Notes: a model not told the origin generated them from the sequence alone. A stretch of DNA of 64,000 nucleotides from an uncultured cyanobacterium (GCA_963740315.1 CAVUDP010000001.1:512001-576000); one strand, 5' to 3'; shown: positions 10,231 through 22,446, numbered from the stretch's first letter. Translations and numbers: made by a program.

Positions 10231-11394
10231 TTAATTAATGGGTTTAGCAATAATATTCCCTGACTCAATTTTTTGTTTAATTTCCTCACTAAAAAGGATT
10301 TGACTTGTATTACCAGAGATAATCTTGGCGAGACTCGACTTATTGTCCACATCAATCAGTTCTACCCAAGCAATAGGTAATGTAAATGTGCGAATAGTTT
10401 CTTTTGTATGGGGGTCTACAAATGTTTTTGTTATTTCCTCAATCCTTAACCTCATTCCTTCTTTGTAACCGGATAATTTCCCGCGATTGAGAACAACAAA
10501 ATCTCCAAAAGTACCAATAACAACACTATCTTGATTACCAAACTGTCTTAATACAGATACAAACTTATTAGAATTAGCATTTAACTTTGCCGCAATATTG
10601 TCAATAGCTTTTTTTGTCGCCAAAGTCATTAAACTCCCTTCATTTTGTGTTGAAGAATGGCTAATTCTTTGTCGCTGGTTGGTATTTATTGATAATCTGA
10701 ATTCAGTACCGTTTTTAGAATAAATATTGTCTAAATAGTTATTGCTACTAGTTACTGTATTTGTATAATTATCATTATTAATAAGTCCTATATTAATACT
10801 AGGTACTTCGACATTACTTTCCGAAAAATTACTACTACCATGCTCTGTAAAAGTATCGATTATTTCACCCGTAGCAGTATTAATAATTCTGATATTTAAT
10901 GCAACATCAGCGTTTTTATTAGTAGTAGTTTTACCAAAACCAAGAAATCCACCTCCAGATGTCTGCTTATTAATATCGAATTGAGTTAAAGAACCTATTA
11001 GTATCGCTTCTATACCAAATTGCTGCCGAATTTTACACAATTCTATATTTTTTCGATTGATAGTCCCAATTTGCGTTCGCTCAATTACTATAAAATTACT
11101 ATTCTTCGCTAACTTACTTGCTATAATGTCGGCAATTCTCTTGACTTCTTCCACATTGCTAGATATCGATCTACTATTTAAACTGGTAGCAACAACTGTG
11201 AAATCAGCAACAGCAATTCTAATTTTTTCTGTAGCCCCCGATGGAAGATGCGAGCAATCTTTGTTCTGAGTATTTGAAGAAACTTTTTTGTCTTCAGCAT
11301 TTACAGTTTTTACAGTACTAATTCCTAAGAAAGACGCAAATATACAAATAATAATCAGCGAGGCAATGCGACGAACAAAATAATGATTCATCAT
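10231..11394 (-). CDS. CsgG/HfaB-family exported protein
   Basis: Signal peptide, KIRIAVADF, FIVIERTQI, LIGSLTQF, GGGFLGFG, IRIINTATGEI; likely ATG start at 11394. Confidence 0.75.
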   Translation of the reverse strand: MMNHYFVRRIASLIIICIFASFLGISTVKTVNAEDKKVSSNTQNKDCSHLPSGATEKIRIAVADFTVVATSLNSRSISSNVEEVKRIADIIASKLAKNSNFIVIERTQIGTINRKNIELCKIRQQFGIEAILIGSLTQFDINKQTSGGGFLGFGKTTTNKNADVALNIRIINTATGEIIDTFTEHGSSNFSESNVEVPSINIGLINNDNYTNTVTSSNNYLDNIYSKNGTEFRLSINTNQRQRISHSSTQNEGSLMTLATKKAIDNIAAKLNANSNKFVSVLRQFGNQDSVVIGTFGDFVVLNRGKLSGYKEGMRLRIEEITKTFVDPHTKETIRTFTLPIAWVELIDVDNKSSLAKIISGNTSQILFSEEIKQKIESGNIIAKPIN

Positions 11395-11883
11395 TTTCCT
11401 CTTAATAAGTGAATTTTGGGTAAGCAGAAAATTTGGTCGCCCAAACTTCAAATTAGGATATATCTTTTAACTAATAAATACTACAACTATTTAAGTAAAT
11501 TACCGGAATACGACTAATATGTCTTGGTATTAAAAATATTTGTACCTCAAGATAACGGTTTTATTATTACTAACAAAAGTATTATAGATTGCAACATACT
11601 TCCCTTTTTACAATAATTAAGTCCTAATTACTTATCTGTAATAAACTAAAAAATTCCGAATGTTAGGAAAATAATAAGTAAAAAGCGGTACATAGACCTA
11701 ATAAACAACAAAGCCGTATATTACATTTGTAGTACGGCAACATAAGCAAGATTTCAGAAAGCTGGATTTTGGGCATCTAAAATTCTTTGTTGAAAGATAA
11801 ATCAATTAATAATTATCTCTATTGCTAATTCCCGAATAAAATAGAAAACTGTATATTACTTTATAATTTTAAAAATTATTAAC

Positions 11884-12483
11884 GTGCTAACTTCTGAACT
11901 ACCAACCATCAACATTCTCAAGCAGCCTACCAATCCAGCTTGGGTAGAATTAGCAATATCAAACTTAGATGCAATATTATTAGATCATTCTCAATGCGAG
12001 CGTAAAGCAGCATCAGCAGCAATAAACTTTATGTTTCGCTACCCTTCCAATGCGAAGATGGTAAAGGAGTTGACAAAAATTGCCAAAGAAGAATTAGAAC
12101 ACTTCGAGCAAGTTAATGAGTGGTTAGAAAAGCGGGATATTGCTTTACGTCCAGTTACTCCACCTCCTTACGGTGCGAAATTGAAAGCTCAAATTCGTCC
12201 TACCGAACCCCATAGATTTTTAGATTCCCTACTTGTTAGTGCTTTAATTGAAGCTCGCAGCCACGAACGTTTGGGATTATTAGCTAAACATTGTCCCGAA
12301 TCAGATTTAGCTAAATTTTATCAGGGTTTAATGGCATCAGAAGCGCGGCATTATGGTATTTACTGGGTACTTGCAAATACCTACTACGATCGCGAAATTG
12401 TCACGCAGAGATTGGATGAATTATCAATTGCAGAAAGCGAAATACTTTCAACCCTTTATTATGAGCCAAGGATTCACAGTTAA
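11884..12483 (+). CDS. miaE: tRNA-(ms2)io6A37 hydroxylase
   Basis: LLDHSQCERKAA, EELEHF, LIEARSHERL, SEARHY, RIHS diiron motifs. Confidence 0.93.
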   Translation: MLTSELPTINILKQPTNPAWVELAISNLDAILLDHSQCERKAASAAINFMFRYPSNAKMVKELTKIAKEELEHFEQVNEWLEKRDIALRPVTPPPYGAKLKAQIRPTEPHRFLDSLLVSALIEARSHERLGLLAKHCPESDLAKFYQGLMASEARHYGIYWVLANTYYDREIVTQRLDELSIAESEILSTLYYEPRIHS

Positions 12484-12522
12484 TTTGGGCATTGGGGAGA
12501 TGGGGAGATGGGGAGAGGGGGA

Positions 12523-12733
12523 GTACTTCGACAAGTCTTACAGTGAGCTACGTCGAACTGCTCAGTAACCTTTGGGGAGATGGGGAGAGGGGGAGTACTT
12601 CGACAAGTCTTACAGTGAGCTACGTCGAACTGCTCAGTAACCTTTGGGGAGATGGGGAGATGGGGAGATTGGGAGAGGGGGAGTACTTCGACAAGTCTTA
12701 CAGTGAGCTACGTCGAACTGCTCAGTAACCTTT
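12523..12733 (+). repeat. Three copies of a 51-nt dispersed repeat (GTACTTCGACAAGTCTTACAGTGAGCTACGTCGAACTGCTCAGTAACCTTT) in GGGGAGAT tracts
   Basis: Identical cores start at 12523, 12595 and 12683. Confidence 0.95.
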
Positions 12734-12866
12734 GGGGAGATGGGGAGACAAGGAGAAAAAGATTAAAATAGATATCTCCTCACTCTTAACTCCTAACTTT
12801 CATCTTCCCAATCTAAAATCTAAAATCCAAAATTTAAAATTCTGTAACTCCTAACTCCTAACTCTT

Positions 12867-13346
12867 ATGGTTAGTCTTTATTTTCGAGATTTTTTGATTC
12901 GTGAATGGAAATCTTGCGATCGCGATTTTGCTGCTGCTGTAATTCGTTCTGTATTGTCGGAGTATGGTTTGGGTTGGGAACCCGATGGAGCGGATAAAGA
13001 TGTATTGGAAGTGGAGGATTATTACTTAGACAAGGGTGGTTTTTGGGTAATAGAATACCAGGGTGAAGTAGTAGGTACGGGCGCTTACTATCCCATCGAA
13101 CGCGGTGAAAAGGCTGTAGAGATACGCAAAATGTATTTATTACCCAAAGCTAGAGGTTTGGGATTGGGGAAATTTTTGTTACAACAGTTAGAAGCGGAAA
13201 TTAGCTGCCGTGGTTTTAAAGAAATTTGGATTGAAACCGCCAGTGTTTTAAAAGAAGCTGTCAAGCTTTATGAAAACAACGGTTATAAACCTGCAACGGG
13301 TGTGGAAACAGAACGTTGCGATCGAGTTTATGTCAAAGAGTTATGA
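12867..13346 (+). CDS. GNAT N-acetyltransferase
   Basis: EIRKMYLLPKARGLGLGK, AVKLYENNGY. Confidence 0.9.
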   Translation: MVSLYFRDFLIREWKSCDRDFAAAVIRSVLSEYGLGWEPDGADKDVLEVEDYYLDKGGFWVIEYQGEVVGTGAYYPIERGEKAVEIRKMYLLPKARGLGLGKFLLQQLEAEISCRGFKEIWIETASVLKEAVKLYENNGYKPATGVETERCDRVYVKEL

Positions 13347-13395
13347 GTTATTTACTCTCCTTGTCTCCCCCCTCTCCCATCCGAAGAACATTAAT

Positions 13396-14073
13396 ATGCA
13401 AATTTGGAAAAGTCTTCTTAATCTTTTTACAGAATCAAATTGTCCCTTATGTCAGCGTCCAACTCCGCAAGAGTTTTGTGAATATTGTCATAAACAGTTA
13501 CAAAAATGCCGTTTACCCGACTCGAAACGCAGTAAAGAAAATTTATTATCTCCACCAGTGATTGCTTGGGGTGCGTATGGAGGAGCTATCAAACGCGCGA
13601 TCGCCACAATGAAATACAACAATCATCCAGAAATTGCTCGTCCCCTTGGTGAATGGTTGGGAGAAACATGGCTGCAAAATTACGGTTTGGAACCTTTTGT
13701 AGTGGTTCCGATTCCGATGCATCCCGAAAAACAAAAAGAACGAGGTTTTAACCAAGCGGCGTTGATTGCAAAAAGCTTTTGTCAAACAACTGGGCTAAAA
13801 TTAAAGCTAAACGGATTACAAAGGATAAAAGCAACTGAAGCACTGTTTGGACTATCACCAACCGAGCGAAAAGAAACCTTGATTCAAGCTTTTGAGTTAG
13901 GAAAAGACTTTCGCAAACCTCCAAATGTGCCAGTAGTTTTAGTTGATGATATCTACACAACAGGTGCTACCGTCAATTCTGCAATAGAAATTTTAAGTAA
14001 ATCTGGAATAATTGTTTCTGGAGTTGCAGCAGTCGCAGTTCCCTCGAAGGTTAAGTATACAAAGAATTCATAG
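13396..14073 (+). CDS. comF: ComF-family phosphoribosyltransferase-like competence protein
   Basis: CPLC/CEYC zinc ribbon, VPIPMH, RGFNQA, LVDDIYTTGAT. Confidence 0.88.
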   Translation: MQIWKSLLNLFTESNCPLCQRPTPQEFCEYCHKQLQKCRLPDSKRSKENLLSPPVIAWGAYGGAIKRAIATMKYNNHPEIARPLGEWLGETWLQNYGLEPFVVVPIPMHPEKQKERGFNQAALIAKSFCQTTGLKLKLNGLQRIKATEALFGLSPTERKETLIQAFELGKDFRKPPNVPVVLVDDIYTTGATVNSAIEILSKSGIIVSGVAAVAVPSKVKYTKNS

Positions 14074-14144
14074 GCAAGATTCCCTAATAAAAATTATAAT
14101 TAACCAAAAATAAGATTATTTTTACAGGAAAACTACATACAATC

Positions 14145-14612
14145 ATGAGTAAGTCTAAAGCGCTAGGTTTGGGACAATTTGGATTGATTCCTGCTACGTT
14201 ACTGGCATTTGGTATAAGTACTACAGCTTTTGCTCAAGAAAATAAACAAGCTAATAAATTTTATAATCCCATACCTTTACCCGCCACTTACGAAATTTCT
14301 GATGCTCTGTCCGATAAAGATATTCCTACAGGGCAAGGTGGCTTTGCTCGCGATTATATGGTGAAGTTGACAAAAGGCGATAATTTAGCGATCGACCTCT
14401 CTTCAGATAGTTTTGACAGTATTATTACACTGCTTGCTCCCGATGGTTCAACGATCGCAGAAAACGATGATGGTCCCGATGGCAGCAGTAATTCCCTACT
14501 TTTTACCCGCGTCACCGAAGCTGGGACTTACATCGTTCGCGTTCGTTCCTTCGGAGAAACCGGAATCGGCAGTTTTAAATTAAAAGTAACCCGATTGAAG
14601 CCAGTTAAGTAA
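14145..14612 (+). CDS. Secreted PPC (pre-peptidase C-terminal) domain protein
   Basis: Signal peptide; FDSIITLLAPDG...ENDDG...GTYIVRVRSF. Confidence 0.8.
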   Translation: MSKSKALGLGQFGLIPATLLAFGISTTAFAQENKQANKFYNPIPLPATYEISDALSDKDIPTGQGGFARDYMVKLTKGDNLAIDLSSDSFDSIITLLAPDGSTIAENDDGPDGSSNSLLFTRVTEAGTYIVRVRSFGETGIGSFKLKVTRLKPVK

Positions 14613-14621
14613 AGATGGGGA

Positions 14622-14736
14622 GTACTTCGACAAGTCTTACAGTGAGCTACGTCGAACTGCTCAGTAACCTTTGGGGAGATGGGGAGTACTTCGACAAGTC
14701 TTACAGTGAGCTACGTCGAACTGCTCAGTAACCTTT
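14622..14736 (+). repeat. Two copies of the 51-nt dispersed repeat
   Basis: Cores at 14622 and 14686 (64-nt period). Confidence 0.95.
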
Positions 14737-14770
14737 GGGGAGATGGGGAGACAAGGGGATATTAACTCCT

Positions 14771-14860
14771 AACTGCTAACTGCTCACTGCTCACTGCTCA
14801 CTGCTCACTGCTAACTGCTAACTGCTCACTGCTAACTGGTAACTGGTAACTGCTCACTGT
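14771..14860. repeat. STRR heptamer tandem (ACTGCTC/ACTGCTA/ACTGGTA)
   Basis: Direct 7-nt tandem repeats between convergent genes. Confidence 0.9.
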
Positions 14861-15627
14861 ATCGTCATCGCACAAAGGAAAAGCGCTTCAGTCCATTCTA
14901 CGACTGCGCCGTATGTATCCCCCGTATGTCCGCCTAATTTGTGGTTGAACCAAGCACCTGTGAGAAATGCAAAGGCGATTCCGGTAAGTGTCATGGTTAT
15001 TGGTAGGAGTAAATCGTGTTGATTAAACAGTAACTTTACACAACTTAAAATTACTAATAACAAAACTGGAATTAAAACGTCTTTGTAAGAACGAATGGCT
15101 TGCTTGTGAAATGCACCTTTCCCAGTTGGTTTGAGGTAATCATATCTAGCGATCGCCAATATTTGTCCCCAACGTCCCCATGCACAAGCAGCTGTTAGTA
15201 TCAACCATCGATTTTCTTGTATTTCTGTTAAAGCTACTGTTTTAAGCAAGATTAAAATAATGGCTGCCATCGCTCCGAAAGCTCCTGTAGCACTATCGCT
15301 CATTACTTCCAAACGCCGCTCTTTATCCATGACTGCTAACCCATCAAATGTATCCATTGCTCCATCCATATGCAGTCCTCCCGTAATGGCAATCCAGCTA
15401 GCTACCACTAATGCACTGCGAGTTAATACTGGTATCCCTAACCAATTGGTTACAATGTCAACTAATCCCAATATCACCCCAATTATGACTCCAATCGCCG
15501 GAGCGTAACGGGCTACCTCGGCAAAATCTAATTTTTCTATATATGGCATTGGGATAGAGGTATAAAATATGATAGTCCCAATTGCATTTAAAACTTGCTT
15601 TTTCCACCACGGATACTGAGTATTCAT
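14854..15627 (-). CDS. cobS: Adenosylcobinamide-GDP ribazoletransferase (cobalamin synthase)
   Basis: [35 protein letters not shown]. Confidence 0.95.
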   Translation of the reverse strand: MNTQYPWWKKQVLNAIGTIIFYTSIPMPYIEKLDFAEVARYAPAIGVIIGVILGLVDIVTNWLGIPVLTRSALVVASWIAITGGLHMDGAMDTFDGLAVMDKERRLEVMSDSATGAFGAMAAIILILLKTVALTEIQENRWLILTAACAWGRWGQILAIARYDYLKPTGKGAFHKQAIRSYKDVLIPVLLLVILSCVKLLFNQHDLLLPITMTLTGIAFAFLTGAWFNHKLGGHTGDTYGAVVEWTEALFLCAMTIQ

Positions 15628-16011
15628 ACTTGTTAAATTAATTACTTAAGTAGCGCCAAAACAATGACACTCATGATTACCGCACAAATAACAGTATCAA
15701 ATTTTAAAAGTTGAAATAAGATTTACTTGTATGAGAAACTGAGCCAAAAAATTTGTTATGCTTATCTAAGTAGGGAAAAATAAGTTAGTAATATTTATAA
15801 CAAGAACATGAATTATAAAGGATTGTATTTTAATTGGTGGTAGTGTTTTTTGTACTTTGGAAAAAAAAAGCTCATAATTAATGTCAGCGAGTTTAAGCAA
15901 TGCCTATCATTATCTGATATTTATATATTGCAAGGCATAAATTACCGCTGAGTGATTGGTTATGCAGGCTATAACGTTGTACTTCACCTTTGCTCATAAA
16001 GCTATTTGATT

Positions 16012-16464
16012 ATGAATCACCATCTACCTTCTGCCAAAATACTAGCTCCGTGCATCGTCAATACAGGTGTCATCGTAAATAAACTTGATATACGACGATT
16101 ACTGGCGGATTTAGGTCGTGTCCGCTATGCTTACACCCAAGATGGTGAGGTGTGCGGTTCCGGTGAAGGGGATGTAATGGAAGTTTTCGCAAATCCCCGA
16201 CGCTCTACATTAGTTGCCAATCACGCTCTTTATTTAAATGTTTATAGTTTCGATTATTTAGAACTTCATCAGTTGTCCGAAAATGTTACTTGTTTTGATT
16301 TAGTTCAGGAAGGGATGCGTTTGCGGTTAACTCCCCTTTCTACCCCAATGCAGGAACGACAAGAGCGTTGTTGGAATACGAGCGCGATCGAAGCAATGAT
16401 GGAACAGGTATTATCGGCAAAATGGGATGCAGAAATTGATGATGATAGTTCCGATTTGTTCTAA
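16012..16464 (+). CDS. Hypothetical protein
   Basis: Well-formed ~150-aa ORF co-oriented with tgt; family not recognised. Confidence 0.7.
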   Translation: MNHHLPSAKILAPCIVNTGVIVNKLDIRRLLADLGRVRYAYTQDGEVCGSGEGDVMEVFANPRRSTLVANHALYLNVYSFDYLELHQLSENVTCFDLVQEGMRLRLTPLSTPMQERQERCWNTSAIEAMMEQVLSAKWDAEIDDDSSDLF

Positions 16465-16483
16465 ATTTGATTTAATGAGTTAA

Positions 16484-17620
<1,137 letters not shown>

Positions 17621-17756
17621 CGGCGAGCAGTAATTCACACAAACTTTAATTTTTGCTCGGTTTTAGGGAATCATAAATTTATCACACAGAACATCACCTG
17701 CTTCTAAAAATTTAGTAGCGGATATTCTCTATAACCCTAAAAATCAAATCGAAGTA

Positions 17757-20156
17757 ATGCAACAAGGTTTAGATAAGAAAAAAAATAGAGAGATATATAT
17801 ATCGAAGCATAGAATACTTATAGCATCATTAGTGATTCCTGCAATTCACTTGTGTTTGTGCAAGATATGTTTATCGCTATCTTTCCAAAATGGTTCATCA
17901 GCAATTTGGCTTTCGGCAGGACTTTATTTAGCAAGTTTTCTGCTATTAGGATATCGGATATTACCTGCTTTGTTCGTAGGTGCGTTGATTGCTAATAGTA
18001 TATTTTTCTATAAAAACGACTTTTTAACAAGTAGCCTTATAGCTATCTACAATGTTGCCGATCCGTTCATCGCTAGTATTTTAATAAAACGCTTTATTAA
18101 AAATAATAAAATACTAAATTACTCTCAGAATATTTTTAAGTTTTTTATCTTAATTATTCCTACTCCAATAGTAATTACTACCCTTGCAACTGCTACTTTA
18201 TGTATGCGCGGCATAATACCTTGGTCTATTTATAAAGAAGTATGGCAAGGTTGGTTTGCATCAGTTATTGCTGGCATCTTGATTGTAACACCAGCAATGC
18301 TGGAATGGTTCCAAAAAGTAGAATTACGAAAATCATTTAGCAAACAAAAAATTAGCGAATTAGGATTGTTGATAATATCATTTATTCTTATTAGCTGGAT
18401 AGCTTTTTGGCAGGGATATCCTTTGGAATATATGATGATTCCACTGTTAATTTGGTCGGCGTTTCGCTTCGGAGATAAAGAGTCAACAATACTTGTTATG
18501 ATAGTTTCAGGAATTGCAGTTTTTGGTACTGTACGAGGTTTTGGTTCGTTCGCTAAATTAGGATCGGTAAATCAATCTTTGCTGTTGTTGCAATCTTTTA
18601 TTTGTGTCATAGCGGCAACTACTTATGTACTTTGTGCGGTAATTAATGAGAATCAACAAGCACAAATAAAGCTGAAAAAAGTAAATGAAGAATTAGAATT
18701 TCGGGTAAAAGAACGTACTTTTCAATTAGGAGAAGCATTAACGGTAGCCGATAAAGCAAAAATTGCTGCTGATAATGCTAATAAAGCCAAAAGCGAATTT
18801 CTTGCCAACATGAGCCACGAATTAAGAACTCCACTTAACGGTATTCTCGGTTACGCTCAAATTCTCCAACGTTCGGAATCGATGACAGATAAAGGAAGTA
18901 AGGGAGTTGATATCATTTATCAGTGTGCTTCCCATTTATTAACTTTAATTAATGACGTTTTAGATTTATCAAAAATAGAAGCTCGCAAAATGGAACTTTA
19001 TCCCGTGAAGTTTCATTTTCCATCTTTTTTACAAGGAGTTGTAGAAATCTGCCGCATTCGTGCCGAACAAAAAGGTATTTCGTTTAATTTTCAAGCTGAT
19101 GCGGAATTACCATTAAGCGTAAATGCTGATGAGAAACGATTGCGTCAAGTTTTAATTAATTTACTGGGTAATGCTATCAAGTTTACCGATAAAGGTAGCG
19201 TGACTTTGAAAGTTGATGTCATAAGTAAAGATGAAAATTCAAATTGTAAAATTAATTTTGAAATTATAGATACGGGGATGGGAATGACTCCCGAACAATT
19301 AAACAAGATTTTTCAACCTTTCGAGCAGGTAGGAGATATCAAAAAACAGGCTGAAGGTACGGGGTTGGGATTAGCAATTAGCTTAAAAATTATCTCTTTG
19401 ATGAATAGTGAAATTAAGGTAGAAAGCGAGATTGAGAAAGGTAGTAATTTCTGGTTTGAATTAGATTTACCATACTATGATGAATTAGCAGAAGTTTCTA
19501 GTATTAGCTTGCAAGAAAAAATCATCGGATATCAAGGAAGAAAACAAAAAATCTTAGTTGTTGATGATAGATGGGAAAATCGTTCGGTTGCTGGAAATTT
19601 ACTCGCACCGATTGGTTTTGAAGTCGAAGAAGCAAGTAATGGTAAAGAAGGTTTAGAGAAAGCTACATATTGGCAGCCAGATGTGGTAATTACCGATTTA
19701 GTAATGCCAGAAATGGATGGTTTTGAGTTAATAAATAATTTGCGAGAGTTACTTCAAAAAGATATAGTAATTATTGCTTCTTCTGCCAGCGTATTTGAAG
19801 CAGAGCAACAAAGAAGTTTGGATACTGGTGCCAATAGTTTTTTACCCAAACCAGTGCAGGTAGAAAGTTTATTAGAATTACTTAGCAGGCATTTAAAGCT
19901 TGAATGGGTTTACGAAGAGAAATCTCAAACAGCAAGTAATACATCATCATCAGAAATTATTCCACCATCAGATGAAATATTGCGTCATCTGCATTTAGTA
20001 GCGAAAAAAGGTGATGTTTACGCAATTATCGACGAAGTAAAGAAATTACAAGAAATTGACGACAATTTAACACCCTTTGCTCAAAAAATAATTCATTTAG
20101 CAGAGAATTTTCAACTCAAACCACTGCGACAGCTTATTAAAGAATACCTTAATTAA
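17757..20156 (+). CDS. MASE1-domain hybrid sensor histidine kinase with receiver domain
   Basis: Multi-TM N-terminus, FLANMSHELRTPLNGI, NLLGNAIKFT, GTGLGL, C-terminal REC (VVDD, TDLVMP, KP). Confidence 0.92.
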   Translation: MQQGLDKKKNREIYISKHRILIASLVIPAIHLCLCKICLSLSFQNGSSAIWLSAGLYLASFLLLGYRILPALFVGALIANSIFFYKNDFLTSSLIAIYNVADPFIASILIKRFIKNNKILNYSQNIFKFFILIIPTPIVITTLATATLCMRGIIPWSIYKEVWQGWFASVIAGILIVTPAMLEWFQKVELRKSFSKQKISELGLLIISFILISWIAFWQGYPLEYMMIPLLIWSAFRFGDKESTILVMIVSGIAVFGTVRGFGSFAKLGSVNQSLLLLQSFICVIAATTYVLCAVINENQQAQIKLKKVNEELEFRVKERTFQLGEALTVADKAKIAADNANKAKSEFLANMSHELRTPLNGILGYAQILQRSESMTDKGSKGVDIIYQCASHLLTLINDVLDLSKIEARKMELYPVKFHFPSFLQGVVEICRIRAEQKGISFNFQADAELPLSVNADEKRLRQVLINLLGNAIKFTDKGSVTLKVDVISKDENSNCKINFEIIDTGMGMTPEQLNKIFQPFEQVGDIKKQAEGTGLGLAISLKIISLMNSEIKVESEIEKGSNFWFELDLPYYDELAEVSSISLQEKIIGYQGRKQKILVVDDRWENRSVAGNLLAPIGFEVEEASNGKEGLEKATYWQPDVVITDLVMPEMDGFELINNLRELLQKDIVIIASSASVFEAEQQRSLDTGANSFLPKPVQVESLLELLSRHLKLEWVYEEKSQTASNTSSSEIIPPSDEILRHLHLVAKKGDVYAIIDEVKKLQEIDDNLTPFAQKIIHLAENFQLKPLRQLIKEYLN

Positions 20157-20183
20157 TTTTATTTAGATTATAAAAATTAAATT

Positions 20184-21458
20184 ATGTCTACTTTTACTCA
20201 AAATCCCGGCTTTATTCTCCTTGTTGATGATAACCCTACCAACCTTGCGGTATTAGCTCAAACTTTGAAAAATGAAGGTTTTTCTATCCGTATTGAGACT
20301 GATGGCGAAAGTGCTATAGAACAACTTGAAGATGAAACCGAGCAACCAGAATTGATTTTATTAGACGTACAAATGCCCGGTATTGATGGATTTGAAACCT
20401 GCCGTCGTATCAAAGCAAATCCGCAAACCCAGGAAATTCCAATTATTTTTATGACTGCTTTAGCTGATACAAATAGTAAAGTTAAAGGATTATCTTTAGG
20501 GGCTGTTGATTATATTACCAAGCCCTTTGAAGGAGAAGAAGTTTTAGCAAGAGTGCGCGTACATTTACAACTGCGACATTTAACTAAAAAACTCGAAAAT
20601 TGGAACGAGCAATTAGAAAAAAATGTAGTAGAAAGAACAGCTGCATTGCAACAAGCGCAAGTACAATTAGTTCAACAAGAAAAATTCGCCACCATAGGAC
20701 AATTAGTAGCAGGAGTTGCTCACGAAATCAATAATCCCATCGGCTGTATTTCTAGCAATATTCCCCCAGCTTCGGAATATCTAAGAGACATCACACAAGT
20801 TATCCATCTTTATCAACAGCACTACCCGCAACCAGTCGCAGAAATCGAAGCAGCCTTAGAAGAGTTAGATATTGAATTTGCGTTAAAAGATTTTCCCAAC
20901 TTACTCGAATCGATGAAAGTAAGTTCTCAACGTATCGAAGAGATTTCGGTGTCAATGCGAAACTTCTCCAGAAACGATACAAATAAATTAGTTAGCGCTG
21001 ATATACATACCGGAATAAATAGCACATTAATGATTTTACGTCATCGCCTCAAAGCAGTAGGTTGTCATCCAGAAATTAAAGTAATAAAACAATACAGTAA
21101 TTTACCAGAGATACAGTGCTATCCCGGCTTACTCAATCAAGTATTTACCAATTTACTCGCAAATGCTATTGATGCCTTAGAGGATGTCGCCGCACCAACT
21201 ATTCATATTTATACAGAGAAAACGATTGCCGATAAAATAACCGTTCGCATCGCTGACAACGGTACGGGAATGAGCCAAGAAGTACGGCAAAAACTGTTTG
21301 AGCCATTATTTACTACCAAACCCCTCGGTAAAGGTACTGGTTTGGGAATGGCGATCGCCCGCGCAATTATCGAAGAAACTCATCAGGGTAAGTTAAGCGT
21401 ATCATCGGAATTAGGAAAAGGAACTGAATTTACAATTGAAATTCCTCTTCTAACTTAA
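20184..21458 (+). CDS. Receiver-histidine kinase hybrid
   Basis: N-terminal REC (LVDD, LDVQMP), AHEINNP, GTGLG. Confidence 0.92.
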   Translation: MSTFTQNPGFILLVDDNPTNLAVLAQTLKNEGFSIRIETDGESAIEQLEDETEQPELILLDVQMPGIDGFETCRRIKANPQTQEIPIIFMTALADTNSKVKGLSLGAVDYITKPFEGEEVLARVRVHLQLRHLTKKLENWNEQLEKNVVERTAALQQAQVQLVQQEKFATIGQLVAGVAHEINNPIGCISSNIPPASEYLRDITQVIHLYQQHYPQPVAEIEAALEELDIEFALKDFPNLLESMKVSSQRIEEISVSMRNFSRNDTNKLVSADIHTGINSTLMILRHRLKAVGCHPEIKVIKQYSNLPEIQCYPGLLNQVFTNLLANAIDALEDVAAPTIHIYTEKTIADKITVRIADNGTGMSQEVRQKLFEPLFTTKPLGKGTGLGMAIARAIIEETHQGKLSVSSELGKGTEFTIEIPLLT

Positions 21459-21584
21459 AAAATTAATTTAATTAAACTTAACACCACTTTATTAACTAAA
21501 TTACTCCCTACTTGCTATTACCCAATCGTGTTAAGATATTTCTCAAATATGAAAACTATGTTGGATACTTGGATTTAAACAAAC

Positions 21585-21722
21585 ATGGAAGTAACAATAT
21601 TATTAGCAAAATTGCCGGAAGCTTATCAAGTTTTTGACCCTTTGGTAGATGTTCTCCCAATCATTCCCGTTTTCTTCTTGTTACTAGCTTTTGTTTGGCA
21701 AGCTGCTGTAGGTTTCAAGTAA
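21585..21722 (+). CDS. psbK: Photosystem II protein K
   Basis: [45 protein letters not shown] (not in the ORF track). Confidence 0.97.
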   Translation: MEVTILLAKLPEAYQVFDPLVDVLPIIPVFFLLLAFVWQAAVGFK

Positions 21723-21744
21723 GTTAACCCCGAAATATTTTTGA

Positions 21745-21777
21745 AAGACAGGCTCCGCAAGTCTGTCTTATTTTTTT
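21745..21777 (+). terminator. Probable intrinsic terminator after psbK
   Basis: AAGACAGGC...GTCTGTCTT stem followed by a T tract. Confidence 0.7.
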
Positions 21778-21864
21778 GTAGATTTATTCACTAAATTTGA
21801 TATTTCTTAACTTTTTGTAATAAGTTAGAAAATGTCAGCGGTAATAATTAACAGGGTATTAACT

Positions 21865-22161
21865 ATGGGTAACATCAATTTTGTTAAAGAAGAGAAAGAA
21901 ATAGTAGCGGCTGATGGTGCGAATTTGCGATTGAAAGCCATGCAAAACAATATTGATATCTATAAAGTATGGGGAAAAATGGTGAACTGTGGAGGTGCAG
22001 GTCAGTGTGGAACCTGTATTGTAGAGATAACTGAAGGAATGGAAAATCTCTCACCTCGCACGGATGCAGAAACCAAAATGTTGAAAAAAAAGCCGGATAA
22101 TTACCGCCTTGCTTGTCAGACTTTGGTTAATGGATCTGTAAGTGTAGCAACGAAGCCTTGA
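21865..22161 (+). CDS. [2Fe-2S] ferredoxin-like protein
   Basis: [11 protein letters not shown]...RLACQ. Confidence 0.9.
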   Translation: MGNINFVKEEKEIVAADGANLRLKAMQNNIDIYKVWGKMVNCGGAGQCGTCIVEITEGMENLSPRTDAETKMLKKKPDNYRLACQTLVNGSVSVATKP

Positions 22162-22290
22162 GAATTATATCCTTTGAGATTGTAGTATTTTCTCTGCTTT
22201 AACTTGTCTTTTTTGTGATCGATCGCCGAAGCATCAGTAATGTTATCCTAAAACTAGTGGCTGCAAATCGATCTTAGAGGCAATATAACC

Positions 22291-22410
22291 ATGCAAACTA
22301 ATGATTTGGGATTCATAGCGAGCATTTTGTTCGTATTAGTTCCCACAGTTTTTTTAATAGGACTTTACACCCTAACCATTAGCCGTCAAGGCGGAAGAAA
22401 CGATTCTTAA
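22291..22410 (+). CDS. psbM: Photosystem II protein M
   Basis: [29 protein letters not shown]... (not in the ORF track); GAGG RBS. Confidence 0.92.
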   Translation: MQTNDLGFIASILFVLVPTVFLIGLYTLTISRQGGRNDS

Positions 22411-22446
22411 TTAAGACTTGATTAATTACTCAATTTTTTGAAAGGA

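Noticed and set aside
12492..12728. Tandem 51-nt repeats as a second CRISPR array, or the 78-aa ORF as a gene
   Set aside because: Intervening sequences are GGGGAGAT simple repeats, not unique spacers; the ORF is just the translated repeat
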